Source: Lytechinus pictus
Taxonomy: Eukaryota
NCBI RefSeq assembly: GCF_037042905.1
Contig: NC_087246.1
Coordinates: 55,800,001-55,864,000, forward strand
Direction of reading: 5' to 3'
DNA length: 64,000 nucleotides
The position numbers and the translations under genes were made by a program. Below, one piece after another: positions 12,293-25,900 of this stretch; position 1 is the stretch's first letter, and every line of letters starts with the position of its first letter. The notes under the pieces were generated by a model, which was not told the DNA's origin, did not search any database, and saw only the letters and a program-made list of their open reading frames with translations.

Positions 12293-13600
12293 AGAGGTGA
12301 TTGCACTCCAAATAACATGGTTATAAGTTAGGTTAGGTAACTCTGAAAATGAAATATTTGACCATTTTTAGCCTCATCCCCTCCTCACTTATCACTTCAA
12401 TATACCTGTTATTAATTCTCACTATTATTTACAAGTAATTTCATAAGAAATGTACAGCTGTTTCCCGAAGGACAATTTACACCCTCCAAATGGTAAATAT
12501 AGGATATATCCAGACCAACAACCACTCCCCAATTGTAAACAACAACACGGATTCTAACATAAACTGAGCTTGTTTCACTTTCGTATGAGCCCTCCCAATA
12601 GAGATGAGTGTCCGTACTACATGAAAGTTGATGAATCTGAATTTTTCTTTCCAAACAAAACCCCCATATTGTCAGTTTCCTGTAAAATAATGTGTTATTG
12701 TTAAAAGTGGGAGGGAAAGAGGGATGCACATAAAGAGCGAGGTGGAGGATGACTGATTAGGCATCGGGAAATGCCTTAAAACTTTTGGACATTGTCAGAC
12801 TTTGGAGTGAATCACATGCTTTAGTTTCACTCAACAACTCTGATCAGTTTCTTTATATATTTTCTTTATTTAATACTAAGTAAATAATGTAAATCAATGT
12901 TATCGTTAGTGGATAATGACACTAAGTGAACTTGAGATTATGTGTGATATCAACTTGCTTATCAAAGCATACCGGTACTGGCCAACCCTTAACAAACTCT
13001 CTGAGAGCTCTAGCCTAATCAAGTTCTAAATCAAAGTGAATGAAAGTTGTACTAATATTTAGGTTATTTTTATTAAAAAACATGATTCCATCATCATCAT
13101 AGAAATGGTTGCAATTGTCCACACTGTCTTTAGAGCTCTGCTACAATGTATCTTGACACTTTCCCTAAATGTACTGAATACATGAAGACAAAAATACAAT
13201 GTTCATGATATCTAGGAAGTATGTGGTAGAAATTTTAGAAATTATAAGTTCCCTTTTCACTGATAATGATATAATTACATGTGGTGCTGAACTTCCTTAA
13301 TGCTTGACTTATGTACACAACCATATTTAGAAACTGTAATGTTATTACATATTACAGTTATTAGAATTTTAAGCTTTTTATTTGTGACATCATATGTACA
13401 AGCAGCTGCCCCATATGTTGTGTTATATAAGATGCATGAATTTCAACATTTGAATGGTTTTATGATGACTAAAATATTTTTTCTTCCAGAGCAGATGTGA
13501 AATTATTTATTTGTTGATATACTGAAGGTACAATTAAAATAATTTACAATATTTTGAGAAAATGGCTTTAAATCTTTAATCGATTTCACCAAACCTTAGT

Positions 13601-13883
13601 GGAGCGTTGTGGCCCAGTGGATTAGTCTTCGGACTTTGAAACAGAGGGTCGTGGGTTCGAATCCCAGCCATGGCGTAATTTCCTTCGGCAAGAAACTGAT
13701 CCACAAAGTGCTGCACTCAACCCAGGTAAGGTAAATGGGTACCGGTAGGAAGTAATTCCTTAAAAAGCTGTGTGCGCTATGAACGCCTAGCTTAGCCGGG
13801 TAATATAGGAGTGCCTTGAGCACCTAACAAGGTGGATATGTGCGCAATATAAATACCCTATATTATTATTATTATTATTATTA
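13601..13883 (+). mobile_element. Full-length tRNA-derived SINE (CORE-like centre, (ATT)n tail)
   Basis: Pol III A box TGGCCCAGTGG and B box GGTTCGAATCC with a TTG anticodon-like loop. Central TCCTTCGGCAAG...CTCAACCCAGGT...TAAATGGGTACC; 3' GCGCAATATAAAT plus (ATT)n. Confidence 0.85.
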
Positions 13884-14584
13884 ACAATACTTTTTATCAT
13901 TTTTTCTGCTATATTTGTAACATTAACTTTTGTCAGGGTAAAATTCCCCCTTTAAAACAACAATGAGAGTTTATTATACTCAAAACATGGACAGTGAACA
14001 TTTGATATTCTTCTAATTCATCTTAAGCGAATTATCTTGATCTTACAGATGCCATAGTCTCTCTTTAAACACAACAAAGCAAACCAATGGTAACCCATAC
14101 AAAATTAGTACTGGACACCTCAAACACCAAGGCACAGTTGCACAAAGGTTTTTTACTCCTACTCATCCTCCTATTTGTGACAATGCCCAAAGTCCCTCAT
14201 GAAGAGAATCATTTTGCCTATCCACAAAGGAAAAAGCCTACCAGACACCCGCACCATCTGTGGCACAACACCAACAGCTTCAGTCACCAAGCTGTTTGTA
14301 ACATATATCTACATCAACTTCAAAGTCTGACATGCTTGCTTTCTTCAAAAACTACAGAATTCAGAACTACATCCTGATGTCTGACATATGTATCAAAAAC
14401 CTGTTAGTACAAGGCAATGGAAAGTCAAGCCTTCTGGGATAGGAGGGCCACTAAAACCTACCAAATCCACCAGGGTGTCAGTAAGTGAGGAGTTCTCTCT
14501 TCAACCTTTTATACATACTTCATCAATGGACTCAAGAGGCTTCGAGACAGCCAGCTTGGATGCACCATCAATGGCCACTACTCT

Positions 14585-15029
14585 GACCCCGTTCTCATTA
14601 CGATTTCTAAAACTAGTTTACTGGAAAACGGTTCGGGAAACCAGTTTGGAAGATCGCTTTGCTAGCATTCCCATTTGATCACCCGAAAGTGGTTTTCAAA
14701 ATCACTTCATGCAAAGTGATCTTGTTGCTATGGGAACACTCTCAGTGGGGTGGCATGTTTCATGCGAAATTTGAAACAGCAGCATAGGCATTCTACACAC
14801 AGTGTGTGGAGTAGCATGCTCAAAATGTGCGAAGATCGCTTCCAAAATATCAGTTGTGTCCTCACGCTAATACCAGTTTAACGAGGCAAAGCGATCTTGA
14901 AAACTACATTGCGAGGTGGTTTTATGAACCGGTTTGGAAGATTGCTTCCAAGATCGCTTCGACCGTTCTCATTACACGTTAAACTAGTTTCCACTAAACT
15001 AGTTTTAGGAAGGTAGTGACAACGGTGTC
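14585..15029. mobile_element. MITE copy 2 (same family as 8473-9851), uninterrupted
   Basis: Same TIRs and internal GAAGATCGCTT repeats; empty AAACTAGTTTCC site. Confidence 0.8.
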
Positions 15030-15220
15030 TATATCATCTTTCTTGCTGGTGATGTCGCCACAATCAGCAGCACATCATAATTTGAGATATTAATTCAATC
15101 CCTTTACGAGGGCTGCCTTTGTTTTTCTAAGCTCAAAAGACCAACAATCAACAGAAGTGGGCAATGAGTGAGAAAACAATGTCCCAGAAAGATAAAAAAG
15201 AGCACTGAAATCACAAAACT

Positions 15221-15622
15221 GCCGTTTGCACCAGCCCGAGTTTTCAAATTAGCACGCTATTTCTGATCCGGCAAATTATCTCGATCCGAACAATCTCGAG
15301 ATTATTTGTGTTGGAGACGCAATTATCGCGCTAGTCCGCTGGATTAATCTCGAGATTGCAATCCCAATCCCAAGTCAACTTGGGATTTTTTGCAAAATAG
15401 CGCGCTATTTACAAATTATCCCGCTAATTTGCAGGTGCAGACGCACTCAGGATTATTTATTCACGGCATCAGACCATAATGCATCGATGCCTCGCTCGAG
15501 CAGGAATCACTCTTCTAGCGATGGTGGAGATGGGGTTTCTCGAATCTTGAGATTAATCGCGAAGAGGGCCGATCGGGCTAAAATCTCGAGATTGAGCAAA
15601 CTCGGGCTGGTGCAGCACCGCC
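15221..15622. mobile_element. ~400-bp MITE (Harbinger-like termini)
   Basis: TGCACCAGCCCGAGTTT / AAACTCGGGCTGGTGCA inverted ends; internal AATCTCGAGATT palindromes. Confidence 0.7.
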
Positions 15623-17837
15623 TAAATACATCAAACCACCTGGACTGAACTGATTGTACAATGTACAATTCTCAAAAGGTTACTGCTAGAGGAGGTATGC
15701 CCCATATATATTTTGTGAAGGAGGGGGCAAGCCGAAATCGAGGGCAAGCTCTTTGATGCCCAGTATTTTATATTCAGCTCACGATTGGCTTCAGCTTCAC
15801 GATTGGCAGGTTAGAGTCAATCTAGATGGAAAAGGGAGTTTCCCCACAGCATTATAAATCTCCAATCCATTATTGTGTTGTGGACTGATTCTGCTGAAGG
15901 CTGTACATAATATTCTAGAAAAATTAACTGTCACTTGGGAGGATGCCTGTGAGTGTAAACTCCAGGGTATTCTGAACTGATGGCAGAGTACTCAGGCAAG
16001 GGATGAAAGGTCTTTTGCTTCCCCTTTGAGGTTGGTTGTCTTGGGGTTTTAGCATGGTCATTGCCAAGGTGGTTCTGGGAGTAGGGTTTCCCAAATAGAG
16101 AGAATAACCAAGCTCAAGTAGGACTGCTTCTGAGGCAGCAGAGAAGGCGTTCTGCTTGGATTTGAACCAAGTATCCAAAGGAAGAGGGTTACCAGCAATT
16201 AAGCAATTTTTCTGTTTCCAAAAGGGAAGGTTTGTGCTCTGCACTACTGGCCCATCACCAAGAGGGAGTATTGTTAATGGGCCAAAACTTCCAGTGACTG
16301 GTGGAACAACAGCTGATGGTACCCCTGGTAATGCATGAGGCTACCTTCTCATATTTGCTTAACTTACAGGTTTTCAGGGTACCAGTAACTGCCAGGAAAG
16401 TCTGGCTGGTGAACTGGATTAACCTGTTGTGAGGTTTGCAGAGCTTGGCTGGCTATCTGTTGAATGCAGTCAAATAGTTTTATGTGTAGCGTTGTTTAGC
16501 AAGTGACTCTATTTACAAACCAGCCTTTTATTACAGAACGTGCACATTTACAAAAATAATCTCATACACTTAGAAGCTTGCAATGCAAGATCCTTCCAAA
16601 GAGAGTTTGAATATAAAGATGATCAGTAAAAAAAAAGGCCAAAAACACATTATATAACCTATATTTTTTTAAATAACAAAATATGGTCAAATTTTGATCA
16701 GGGACTTGGTTAATTTTTTGCACATTTTCCTGCAGAAAACATATTTTTGATAATACAATACCATTTCAAAGCACTGACAAAACATTTCAAATGCAAAGAG
16801 GGGTGTGATCGGTCGGACATGGTATTGTTAAAAAAGAAAACTGATCTTTGCGAAAATTTTACATTTTATTTTGTAGGTATTTTGGAAGTATGAATATTAA
16901 ATCTGAGAACATATTTTGTTTGATATGATTGAATTTTTCAAAACTGTTTGGTATTATAGAACAAAATTTATTCAAACTAAGTTGACAGAAATGTCATTAA
17001 TTGTCTAGACAAGGATAATTGTCGTTTCTAGGGATTTTTTAACAATTTCTGACATTTTACTATCATTCCTAGACACCGACGGTACCCCATTAATGCAAGT
17101 GCTGACAGGCTTTCCCCAATATAGGCCTATATTTTGTCAATATTTTAAGCATTTTACCAGATCTCACTGAAATGATATTATTTCAAATGATGGCCCCATG
17201 TTTTTCCTTAGATTAGAAGTTTTCTTCTGATGTTACTGATTATCGGACAAAATACTGAGAAAAAAAAAGTTTTGTTTCTTGGTTTTGAAAATTGATCAGT
17301 GGAGATGAAAAACTGGAATATGATCATCGTTTCTGAAGAATTTTCGCAAGCTGTGGTCTAAGTTACTTAATTTCTTAAGTTATTATTTTTTTCTCGTCAA
17401 AGTGGAGGGATTTTTTTTACAGATTGGATCTTTATTTACTAAAATAAAAAATGACCAGAAAATTTGCTATCTCCAGATCTACTGCTAATGCACTGTAAGA
17501 CTTCAGTCTTTGTAAGTGAGTGCAGCCAACATAGCTCAGCGGAACAAGCAATCGTACAGTGATTAAAGCTTTTAGTCCAATCATTGTTGAGACCAAAAGC
17601 TCCAGTCTCTGTAGAATTGGTTGTTCAACTTGACTACGTGGGCTACACTCACCAATACACAGACTTAACAATGGGATGCTCATGCCATCAGACAGTGTAT
17701 TAGCAGTAGATATGTATGAGAAGAAAGATATGTTATGAAATTGTGTACCCTAGGACCACAGTTTCTTTTATTATGGCTCAGGAATGATGATACATGTAAT
17801 CCTTCTTGGTTAAAAAAGTCAGTATTGGTACTAGTAA

Positions 17838-18033
17838 GGTGACACGGCATTTGCTCCTGCGACAGTTGCTCCGGGTTTAATTTCGTCTAAGATATAGGAT
17901 AAGGGTTGCAATAGGGTTTTATGTTAGGTTTAGAATAGGGTATAATGTTAAATCCAGGGTTAAAGTTGGCCATTCCATTAGAGTGTAAAATTTATAGAGG
18001 AGCGATTGTCGCCGTAGCAGATTTCATGGAACC
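17838..18033. mobile_element. ~200-bp MITE with GG...CC ends and degenerate TAGGGT-rich core
   Basis: Inverted subterminal ATTTGCTCC.GCGACA.TTGCTCC / GGAGCGATTGTCGC.GTAGCAGAT; interior AGGGTT/AGGTT repeats. Confidence 0.6.
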
Positions 18034-19296
18034 TTTGGTAAATTGCTATCTTGAATGGCGTCATCATTCCTATAGACGTCTTTAGCAATATACCACAAAT
18101 TGTATTGATGCGCTTGTCTTCATATCGCTAATTATGCACATGCACACCGTTCTCATAGATTCGCAGCTGAGACATTAAAAAGCCTTGATGAAAAAAAAAC
18201 TAAAAAAAACAACAAAATTGGCTACTAGTTTTCCATCTCTAGCAATAATTCTTGAAAACCAAGAAAAAAAACATCAGTAATATATTTTACCATATAGACA
18301 TCTAATCATTGATATTACTACAAACCTTATAATCTCAGGAAAAACATGGGCCATCAATTAATATGCTTTCAGTTAGTTTTAGACTGCACTGCTACATACA
18401 GTATGGCCACTCTAGAGAGTATTGGGACCTCAATAAATTTGAAAAAAGCTGCAAGAGTAGTCGCACTTTCAAGCACCATTGTACAAAATTCACAAACATA
18501 TAATCAAAATTTTTACCTTAGATATAATTTTTGATATCTGAACTGCAATAAACAAGAACTAATTTCACTCAAAAAAGTTAATATAACTACATGTAAATAA
18601 AAATAAAAATAAGATCACTAGACAATTCACCCCGCCGACAAGCTGTCTCCATCCTTGTGTGCATTTGTGTGTTACCGCAGGTGCCGACTTTCTACAAATT
18701 CACCACCCGTATGCGATATTGTTGCCTATTAAGTCAATAGGCCTACTACTATGTTTTTACCTCATTGATACTAGGAGTGCATAAAGCATCTAGCAAAATG
18801 CTAGACTGAAAAATCCACCATTTCTTCAGAGTTTTTAAACATTTTCTGATTTTTTTTTCAGTCCTCCTTCTACACAGTAGAAAGACAGGACTTGTAAAGT
18901 TGGTGGTTCACTCGATGCTTAACCAGGTTTAAAATCCATGATTTTTACTTCTAAAGTTTTTTATGACCCTTGCAAATTTTTTACTCCAAAATATCAATTA
19001 CCAAAAAAATATTTTAAGGGAATGTGATTTTTCTTCTTCCAATCGTTATTTTAAAGATACAATCCTAACTTTGCAAAAATGTTCTCAACTCGGAAGAAAA
19101 CAAGATTTCTAAATTTTTAGTGCATATTTCAGCGACCCCACTTCTTAAATCTGAGCTAAGCCACCACGTGCTCCGGAAATATGGCACAGATTCAAAATCT
19201 TTTATTTAAATGGAAAATTTTTAATTTTTAAAGGGGATTTTGGAGTTCAAATCAGGACTTGCATGTGGTGAGTGATAATGCCTGTGTATACACCTG

Positions 19297-19606
19297 GGGC
19301 AGATTGCACGAAAGGGTCTTTCCAAGGACCATATTTCGTGTCGCCCATCTTTTATGATGCGCTGTATGCGGGATTTTTCTAAAATGTATGATAAACAAAT
19401 GAAATTTGTTAGCTAGCTGTTTAATCAATTTGTATACAATTCCTGATATATCACATCATTTTATAAACAAAGATTTTGTTTACTTTAACAGATGAATAAA
19501 ATATGTTTGCAGGTAATTTATTTAAAATGTGTTTCACATGGCGCATCATAATAAATGGGCGACACGAAAGACGGTCCTTGGAGAGACCCTTTCGTGCAAT
19601 TGGCCC
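19297..19606. mobile_element. Harbinger-like MITE, CTG TSD
   Basis: ~70-bp TIRs GGGC..ATTGCACGAAAGGGTCT.TCCAAGGACC...TTTCGTGTCGCCCAT; CTG at 19294-19296 and 19607-19609. Confidence 0.85.
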
Positions 19607-19739
19607 CTGAATAACAATGTGTTTAGTGTGTGTTGTTGTGATTGACTGTGCTGCGCTAGCTTGTAAATGAGTTTGCCATGTTGAATGGAGGTACCAAGTC
19701 GAATTCCGAGCGCTTTGCCCTAAATTTCAAATTTTACTA

Positions 19740-20100
19740 CACAAGGTTCAGTCCTGGACGCAGGATCTTCTGTTCCTGTATGTCCAGCTCCTGGTGATAT
19801 AAAGTGACGTCTGAAGAATTGGCGCGGTCCGGGGGAGGAACCTTGTAATCAAGTTTAAATTCTGCATTATGCCACCAAAAATCAATCCTCTTTTCAAATT
19901 GTAATACATCCTAGACTCTACTACAGGCTCAGGAAGAAGACTCCATAAATTACAGATTCTCAATCAATGTAAAAACGTTCTTACATGTATTCTTAATTTC
20001 TTATTAGCTCTAACCTTGAAAGCATGACCCCTTGTACTGGTAGGAAAATTAAGTTGCAGACATGGGGCATCATCAGGGTCATATTTGAAATGGATCCTAT
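19740..20100 (-). mobile_element. CR1-type LINE 3' fragment
   Basis: Minus-strand translation STRGHAFKV...RICNLWSLLPEPVVES...LKRGL matches the CR1 ORF2 C-terminal TRGHxxK...RVxxxWNxLPxxVV motif. Frameshifted. Confidence 0.7.
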
Positions 20101-20546
20101 TCTAAATTGTTCGTGATTACCGGTACCGGTACTTATTCTTTTATTTCTTTCAAGAGAGGGTGTAAAATGATTCGTCTATTCATTACACTGAAGGTACAAT
20201 AAAAACTATTTCCAATGTTCTGAGAAAATTACATTTCATTGATTTTGTTTTTACCATATATGAAAGTTGCTTGCATACGACAACACAAATCAACAAAATA
20301 AAATTCTAGTAACTTCATTATGACTTTCATGGACTTTCCTCAAACCTTCACTAATTTGATTTTTTGCTATCTTTATAATAAACATTTTTGTCAACGTGAA
20401 CTTCCCAATTAACTATGTGTCTGATATTTGGGTACTTTACTCTAGAGTGATTTATCGGTGGATCTCATTCTCGTAAATAATTGCTAATAATATTTTACTC
20501 TGACTTAGTCTTAGACAAAATTCTAGGCCCTAGGGAATCTATAAAG

Positions 20547-21198
20547 TATGGCAGTGAGTCCAAACTTCGCGCGTGTCCATTCTTCGTGGACGGTCATTAT
20601 CTAAAAAACTAGCCAATATCCTTAAAATCTGACATCATCAACGTGAAAAGCGACCTAAAATAATCCTTTGGTGTAAGTTTCTTTCGGATGAGTTCGGTAT
20701 TCATGAAAATATTGACAAAAGATCGGCAAATTTGTCACTGTTAGCACCCGTTTTGAAGAAATCTGATATTCTCAACAAGCATCACGATATCACCACTTTG
20801 CAAGCAGAAATCATCAAAAATGTGAGTTAAATGTGGTACTAACCGATTCTATAGCATTTTGCCGTAAATCTGATATAAATATTTCACTTTTTGAGCTTGA
20901 GATTTTGTTTACATCTCCACAAAAACTTTGGTCCGCGAAGTTAGGTCACACTTTTTCAGAACAGTTTTCCAGCACAGCGCGCATTCGCCAATCGGAATAG
21001 AATTTTGAGATCGCGATACCGGCGAAACCCCTTGACCTACTTTACATTTTCGTCCATGATTTTATAGTTTACGATCTTGACGTGAACGTGGTAACTATTT
21101 CTTGAATTGGTTTTGTATAAATTATGAATATTTTGTGAACAAATTTAAGCCTGATGAATATTTTTGAAAAGTCCGCGAAGTTTGGACACCCCATCATA
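20547..21198. mobile_element. Tc1/mariner-like MITE near the exon-1 donor
   Basis: TATG..GTG(A)GTCCAAACTTCGCG / CGCGAAGTTTGGACACCCCATCATA inverted ends with TA at both extremes; internal TIR-like copy at ~20931. Confidence 0.6.
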
Positions 21199-21520
21199 CA
21201 GGCCTAATCAGAATTTCAGATAATATAATCTAGTAATTTATTATGCTTTGATTGAGCGAGATGTACCAGAATACCCATCAGCACTCCCACTAACAACATA
21301 CTGTCTGGGTCTGAGTATGATAGATAAACGTCATAATTGTTAGTAAATCTCCAGAAAAGACGGTTATTTCAGTCTAACGTTTAATAGTCATTGCATTGTT
21401 GTCAGCGTACGGGCTACATTTAGTAGGCCTACATGGAACTCAGCATGTGGGACTGAACTGAAGCCATTTTACATTAACGAAGTTGTACACATGTTTCACA
21501 ACAATTACAGTCCAAATTAC

Positions 21521-21650
21521 CTTTGAATTCTTGATCATTTAAGTACTTCGCAAAGTGGCCAACAACTTCTACATTTGTAGCCTTCCCACCGTTTGCTACC
21601 AAGAACTTTTGAACCCCGTCTGCCGAGAATTCCTCTTCCGCGTCCGCCAT
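21521..21650 (-). CDS. Sowah: Sowah coding exon 1
   Basis: Kozak-like AAACATGGCG start; MADAEEEFSADGVQKFLVANGGKATNVEVVGHFAKYLNDQEFK resembles the SOWAH N-terminal 'VxxFLxxxGGxxxNxELVxHF' domain; donor AAG/GTAATT, phase 1. The supplied ORF reads through the donor. Confidence 0.85.
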
Positions 21651-21730
21651 GTTTGTTATGATTTCATTCTCTGATGACAAGCTTGACGAGATGACTAGCG
21701 TATCGTACGCTGCGCTTGCGCTCTTGTGGG
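21640..21730 (-). promoter_or_regulatory. Sowah core promoter / 5'UTR with housekeeping-type motifs
   Basis: Locally CpG-rich. YY1-type CCGCCATGTT overlaps the start codon; NRF1-like TGCGCTTGCGC at 21711-21721. Confidence 0.5.
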
Positions 21731-22437
21731 TAAACCAGCTGATTTGTAGCCCATCATGCCCATAAATTCATATCAATTTATAGCCATTACTTGGGGCATT
21801 TTTTTTTTCTACGTATAGATATGAGGCTATACTTGTGAGACAAAACTTTCTTAGTATAAACATAGGCCTATCTAATTTGCGTGATTTCTGGTAATTTTAG
21901 TGCTGTCTGGTAAAATATAGTTATATTAAGATCTAGGCCTGCCTATATCTTTTTCAAAAAGTTCCATCAAGAATCAATTGTTTGCTTCAATATATTTCAA
22001 GAATTAAAAAAATAATAAAAATCAGTTCTGAATTTTAGAGGGAAGTCCACCCTGACTTCGAAATTGTTTTGATATGGGAGCATGAAAGTAAGAGAAAAAA
22101 AAAATCTTTGGCCTAAAATGAAGGAATAATTAATAAAAAAATACGATATAGAAATGCGAGCAGTGATGTGTAAATCATTTCACATAAATAACGATTCTCA
22201 ACCGGTTAGTCCTGAAAGTCTTTTTTTCGCATAGAGACGTGTGGATATTATAAGAGTACAATAACTCTCTCTAGCTGATATACACATACCAGCGGCCCCC
22301 TCCCGAAATTTGATTTTTAATTTACTAACATAAACATGAAATGATGACTAACCTTAAAGAAATTTCAAATATACCAAATCATGATAATCACGTTGTCTTT
22401 CATCCAAACAATGTTTGTGATGGTTCATATAGACAAC

Positions 22438-22676
22438 CACTAGCGTTCCTACGGGGGGCAGACTGCCCCCCCCCCTGACGAGTCACAACCCATGCAAGGG
22501 ACATATCCCTGCCCCCCCCCCTGACGATTCTTTTTTTTTTTTGCTTGTCAAATTTTTTTTCTGGTACTAAATCCTTTATTTGTGGTTGAAGACCCTTTTT
22601 TTTTTTTTGGCTTGTCAAATTTTTTGGCGGACGAATTTGCCCCCCCCCCCCGTGGAAAATCCTAGGTACGCCACTG
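22438..22676. mobile_element. hAT-like MITE with 8-bp TSD
   Basis: TAGACAAC duplicated at 22430-22437 and 22677-22684; ends CACTAGCGTTCCTA / TAGGTACGCCACTG. Confidence 0.85.
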
Positions 22677-22830
22677 TAGACAACCTATTTATTTTATATG
22701 AAATGTCAAACAGCAATGGCTCCAGGGTTGCCTTGCCATAATGTTATATAGCTTTATTTTTCAAACAAGTCCACACATTGGTATTCATAATGCATATAGC
22801 ATTTTTCATTTATTTGATGTACGATAAAAC

Positions 22831-22915
22831 AGCAATGTGGGTAAAATGCCTTCCTCAAGGGCATAAGTGCCGTGTCGGGAACAAGCGCCTTAGATCACTC
22901 AGCAACGGCGCCTCC
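22831..22915 (-). mobile_element. Truncated tRNA-derived SINE fragment
   Basis: Minus strand GGAGGCGCCGTTGCTGAGTGATCTAAGGCG...CCCTTGAGGAAGGCATTTTACCCACATTGC: A box and CORE-like start; B box deleted. Confidence 0.45.
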
Positions 22916-25900
22916 TATATGCTGAATAATGTCGTGGCAGATCCTGGCGCGCACCCCTTCCCCACCCTTGAGGACAAAGGAGAACAAAAAATGAAAACAC
23001 AAGAATTGTGCCCCCTGGCGTGAAGGGGGGTGATTGAGGTTATGACCACCCCATGTCAAATTAAAATGTCGACGAGGAAGTTAAAATCATTATAACATTT
23101 CACCTCTTTTTTTTTCTTTCTTTTTGGTTGTCAGAATTTCCAAGAAAAGGTGGGTCGTTCCCCCCCCCCCCCCTCAATGACAATCCTGGACTCCATCAAC
23201 ACAGGTTTTCAGATCTGAAAGCTCTCCTTCATTTTCATTGGCTGAAAAGCACAATTCGTATGGTAACTAGGATAGAGCATCTGACACAGAGTAACAAATC
23301 CTTTCTTGTAACGCTCCCCATGCAGGATCGGTCGCTGGATTTATAGAAAGGTTGGATTATTTTGTTATTATCGAGTCCAATCAGAAGATAAAATTGAATC
23401 AATTATCTAAACTTCGATGGATCCATAAATATTCATGAAATATTTGATTCACAATACTGTAATGGGTCAAAAATTCAGAAGTCTCACAACATGACACGGC
23501 TGCCTTTCCCCGGAGGTGCTGTGTTCATTATTTTATTCTTTTCCTTAAGGAGCACCCCATAAAAACTGGTAGGTGTTTAAAAATTGAGAAATGTAAGTTA
23601 AATTACCTATTTTTTTAGTGAAAACCTATCTCTCTTTTTTTTTTTTTTTTTTTTGCTTGTCAAATTTCTCGGGACAGAAATAACCTTCATTTTGTAGTGA
23701 AAACCTTTTTTTCTTATTTGGCTTGTCAAATTTACATCAGCACCACCAGTTAAAAAATCGAGGGCCCTGACGGCTGCTCAATTATACAGTATTTCACTAT
23801 TCACACTTCACAATAATAATGCTGCGGGTGTCTCACTCTGTCATGGCCCCGGGAAACGGGTGTGCTGGGGGTAGCCTACTGTGTATGTTATACACTATGC
23901 ATGCACCATTGGCAGCACCCCTGGAAATCATGTTGGTAGGCCTATAATTAAATGTAGGAATTCGAAAAAAATCATTTTCTTTTTAGAGCGAAGACCCTTT
24001 ATTATCATTTTTAATTTTTTTACTTGTCAATATTTTAAAGAGTGAAATCGCCTTCATTTTGGAGCAAAAAACCCTTCTTATATTGTTGTTTATTTTTTTG
24101 CTTTTCATTTTTTTTTTCAAAACCAGCACCCCTTTTTCAAAAATCGTTTCATCGGATGCTGGTTTCAATTCATGAAGAAAGAAGATGTGGGGGGGGGGGG
24201 GTATCCACAATATTATAAATGGGAGAAGGTCTTAGGGGTTTGTGTGCTTTTTTTTCTAAGGGTGCTCGTCAGCTAGAAAATACATCCTTGTCACGGAAAT
24301 AAAGTAAAGGGGGAGAGATATAAAAGAAAGGAAATTATATTGGTACAAGAAAAATGTTATAATTACAATAATATAGAAAAATAGCGTTAATCAATATTGC
24401 ATCTTATGGATCAACCAGGTGCGGGCCCCAAGGCGCCCCCCTCCCCCTCCCTGATCTGGCGACAGAAAAAATATTGCCATTAGATATTGGCATCGTTGAA
24501 ATGAATATGATTATGAGTTCTAGTGACGAGTCATAATAAAGCCCCATAAAAACATAGGTCTCCTCTAATACTACTAGCCGGACGAAAAATGGACTTTATA
24601 TTTCGTGTGGGGTTATTGTAAATGCATTTACAACAATTTTGTTAAGTTGGGGTTTTTAATCAAGCGAGTGTTTTCATACCGCTTCAATGATCAGTGAGTG
24701 CGCCCTCAGCCCTCATGGTAAACTCTAAACAATACCAAAAAGAACTGGCAATGCAGTTGCTGATGCTCTGAGATATTTTTTTTCAGTTATCGACAATTTC
24801 CTCTCTATTTGATCGTTAGTTTCAGGCCTGCATTGATTGGTTACTTAAGTCCATTTTTCGTACTTCTTTGAATCGAATAATATCAACATAATTCACTTTC
24901 ACCCATGCTACTCTGCAAGATATTACAGCATGTATTTTAATCGAACCCGGCCCTTTCCAAGTGTTTATTTTCATAAGAATGTACATACAGTCATGTATCT
25001 GAGATCACGGAACCAGTTGATTGGGAGTTCAGCTCTATATGTTATTTTAATAAAAGTTTACAAAAATGTGGAAAGGACGGTATAATTTTTTGCATGGTAA
25101 AGCCCTCCCACATAAAAACTTCCCACAACCCCTGCATATTCCCCATAAGTCAATTGTATTCTCCATAGTATTGTACTTGTGTTATATGCACCTTCTCTGA
25201 GTCACTTTCGGTGTTTCATTGGAAAACTCGGAAGAGGGTGTTTATTTGGTGCGAAATGCAAATTTTGTATCTAGATATCCTACCCTCGCAACATCTGCAG
25301 GGCTTTTAACATTAGATGTAAAGATTATTGCGCTTAAGGGAGTAATTACTCTTTAATTAGCACCAAGCCACTGATTTAGAATGTGTACACATTTCTGGTT
25401 GGTTTGTATGTTTTTCGCGCTCATGCCTGTATAGTCTTTTGGTCCTCATTTATACGATTATTGACAGACCTAGTGTTCTGTTTGATTTCTTGACACACCA
25501 ACGTACAATAGATGGGACTGAGAAAGGATGTCACTCGAAGTCCGATAGCAAAGTGTGAAATAACTTGCCACAATGCAACGGAAATGTCAGAGTGTATTGT
25601 TCTCTCTGTTTTCTACAAAACCCAAGTGTCATTATGAGTTTTATTGGCAAGAATTAAAACCTAGATGCAGGTGTTCTTAATGGGGGTCTTTTATTTCTAT
25701 GGTTTTTCTTGTCGTTCAGGCGCTAATGTACTCGACTAGTTTTCGCGTTAAGTAACCCCCCCCCCTCCCCGCCCCATCACAACTTTGAAACACTATAGGC
25801 CCTATTCAATGTTTAAGGTATTGCCTTTCTCAATGTATCATTCCTTTCAAATTGTTTGCTGGATTGTTGTCATTGTGGATCAAGAAATGAAGGGAAATTT

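Noticed and set aside
13601-13675. tRNA-Gln(TTG) gene
   Set aside because: Acceptor and anticodon stems pair poorly, and the sequence continues into a SINE body and (ATT)n tail; it is a SINE head.
15900-16480. LINE reverse-transcriptase remnant on the minus strand
   Set aside because: Only a weak EYPGVYTHRH resemblance to the YLG motif; not enough to call.
17880-17965. Interstitial telomeric repeat
   Set aside because: Degenerate AGGGTT units form the interior of a TIR-bounded MITE.
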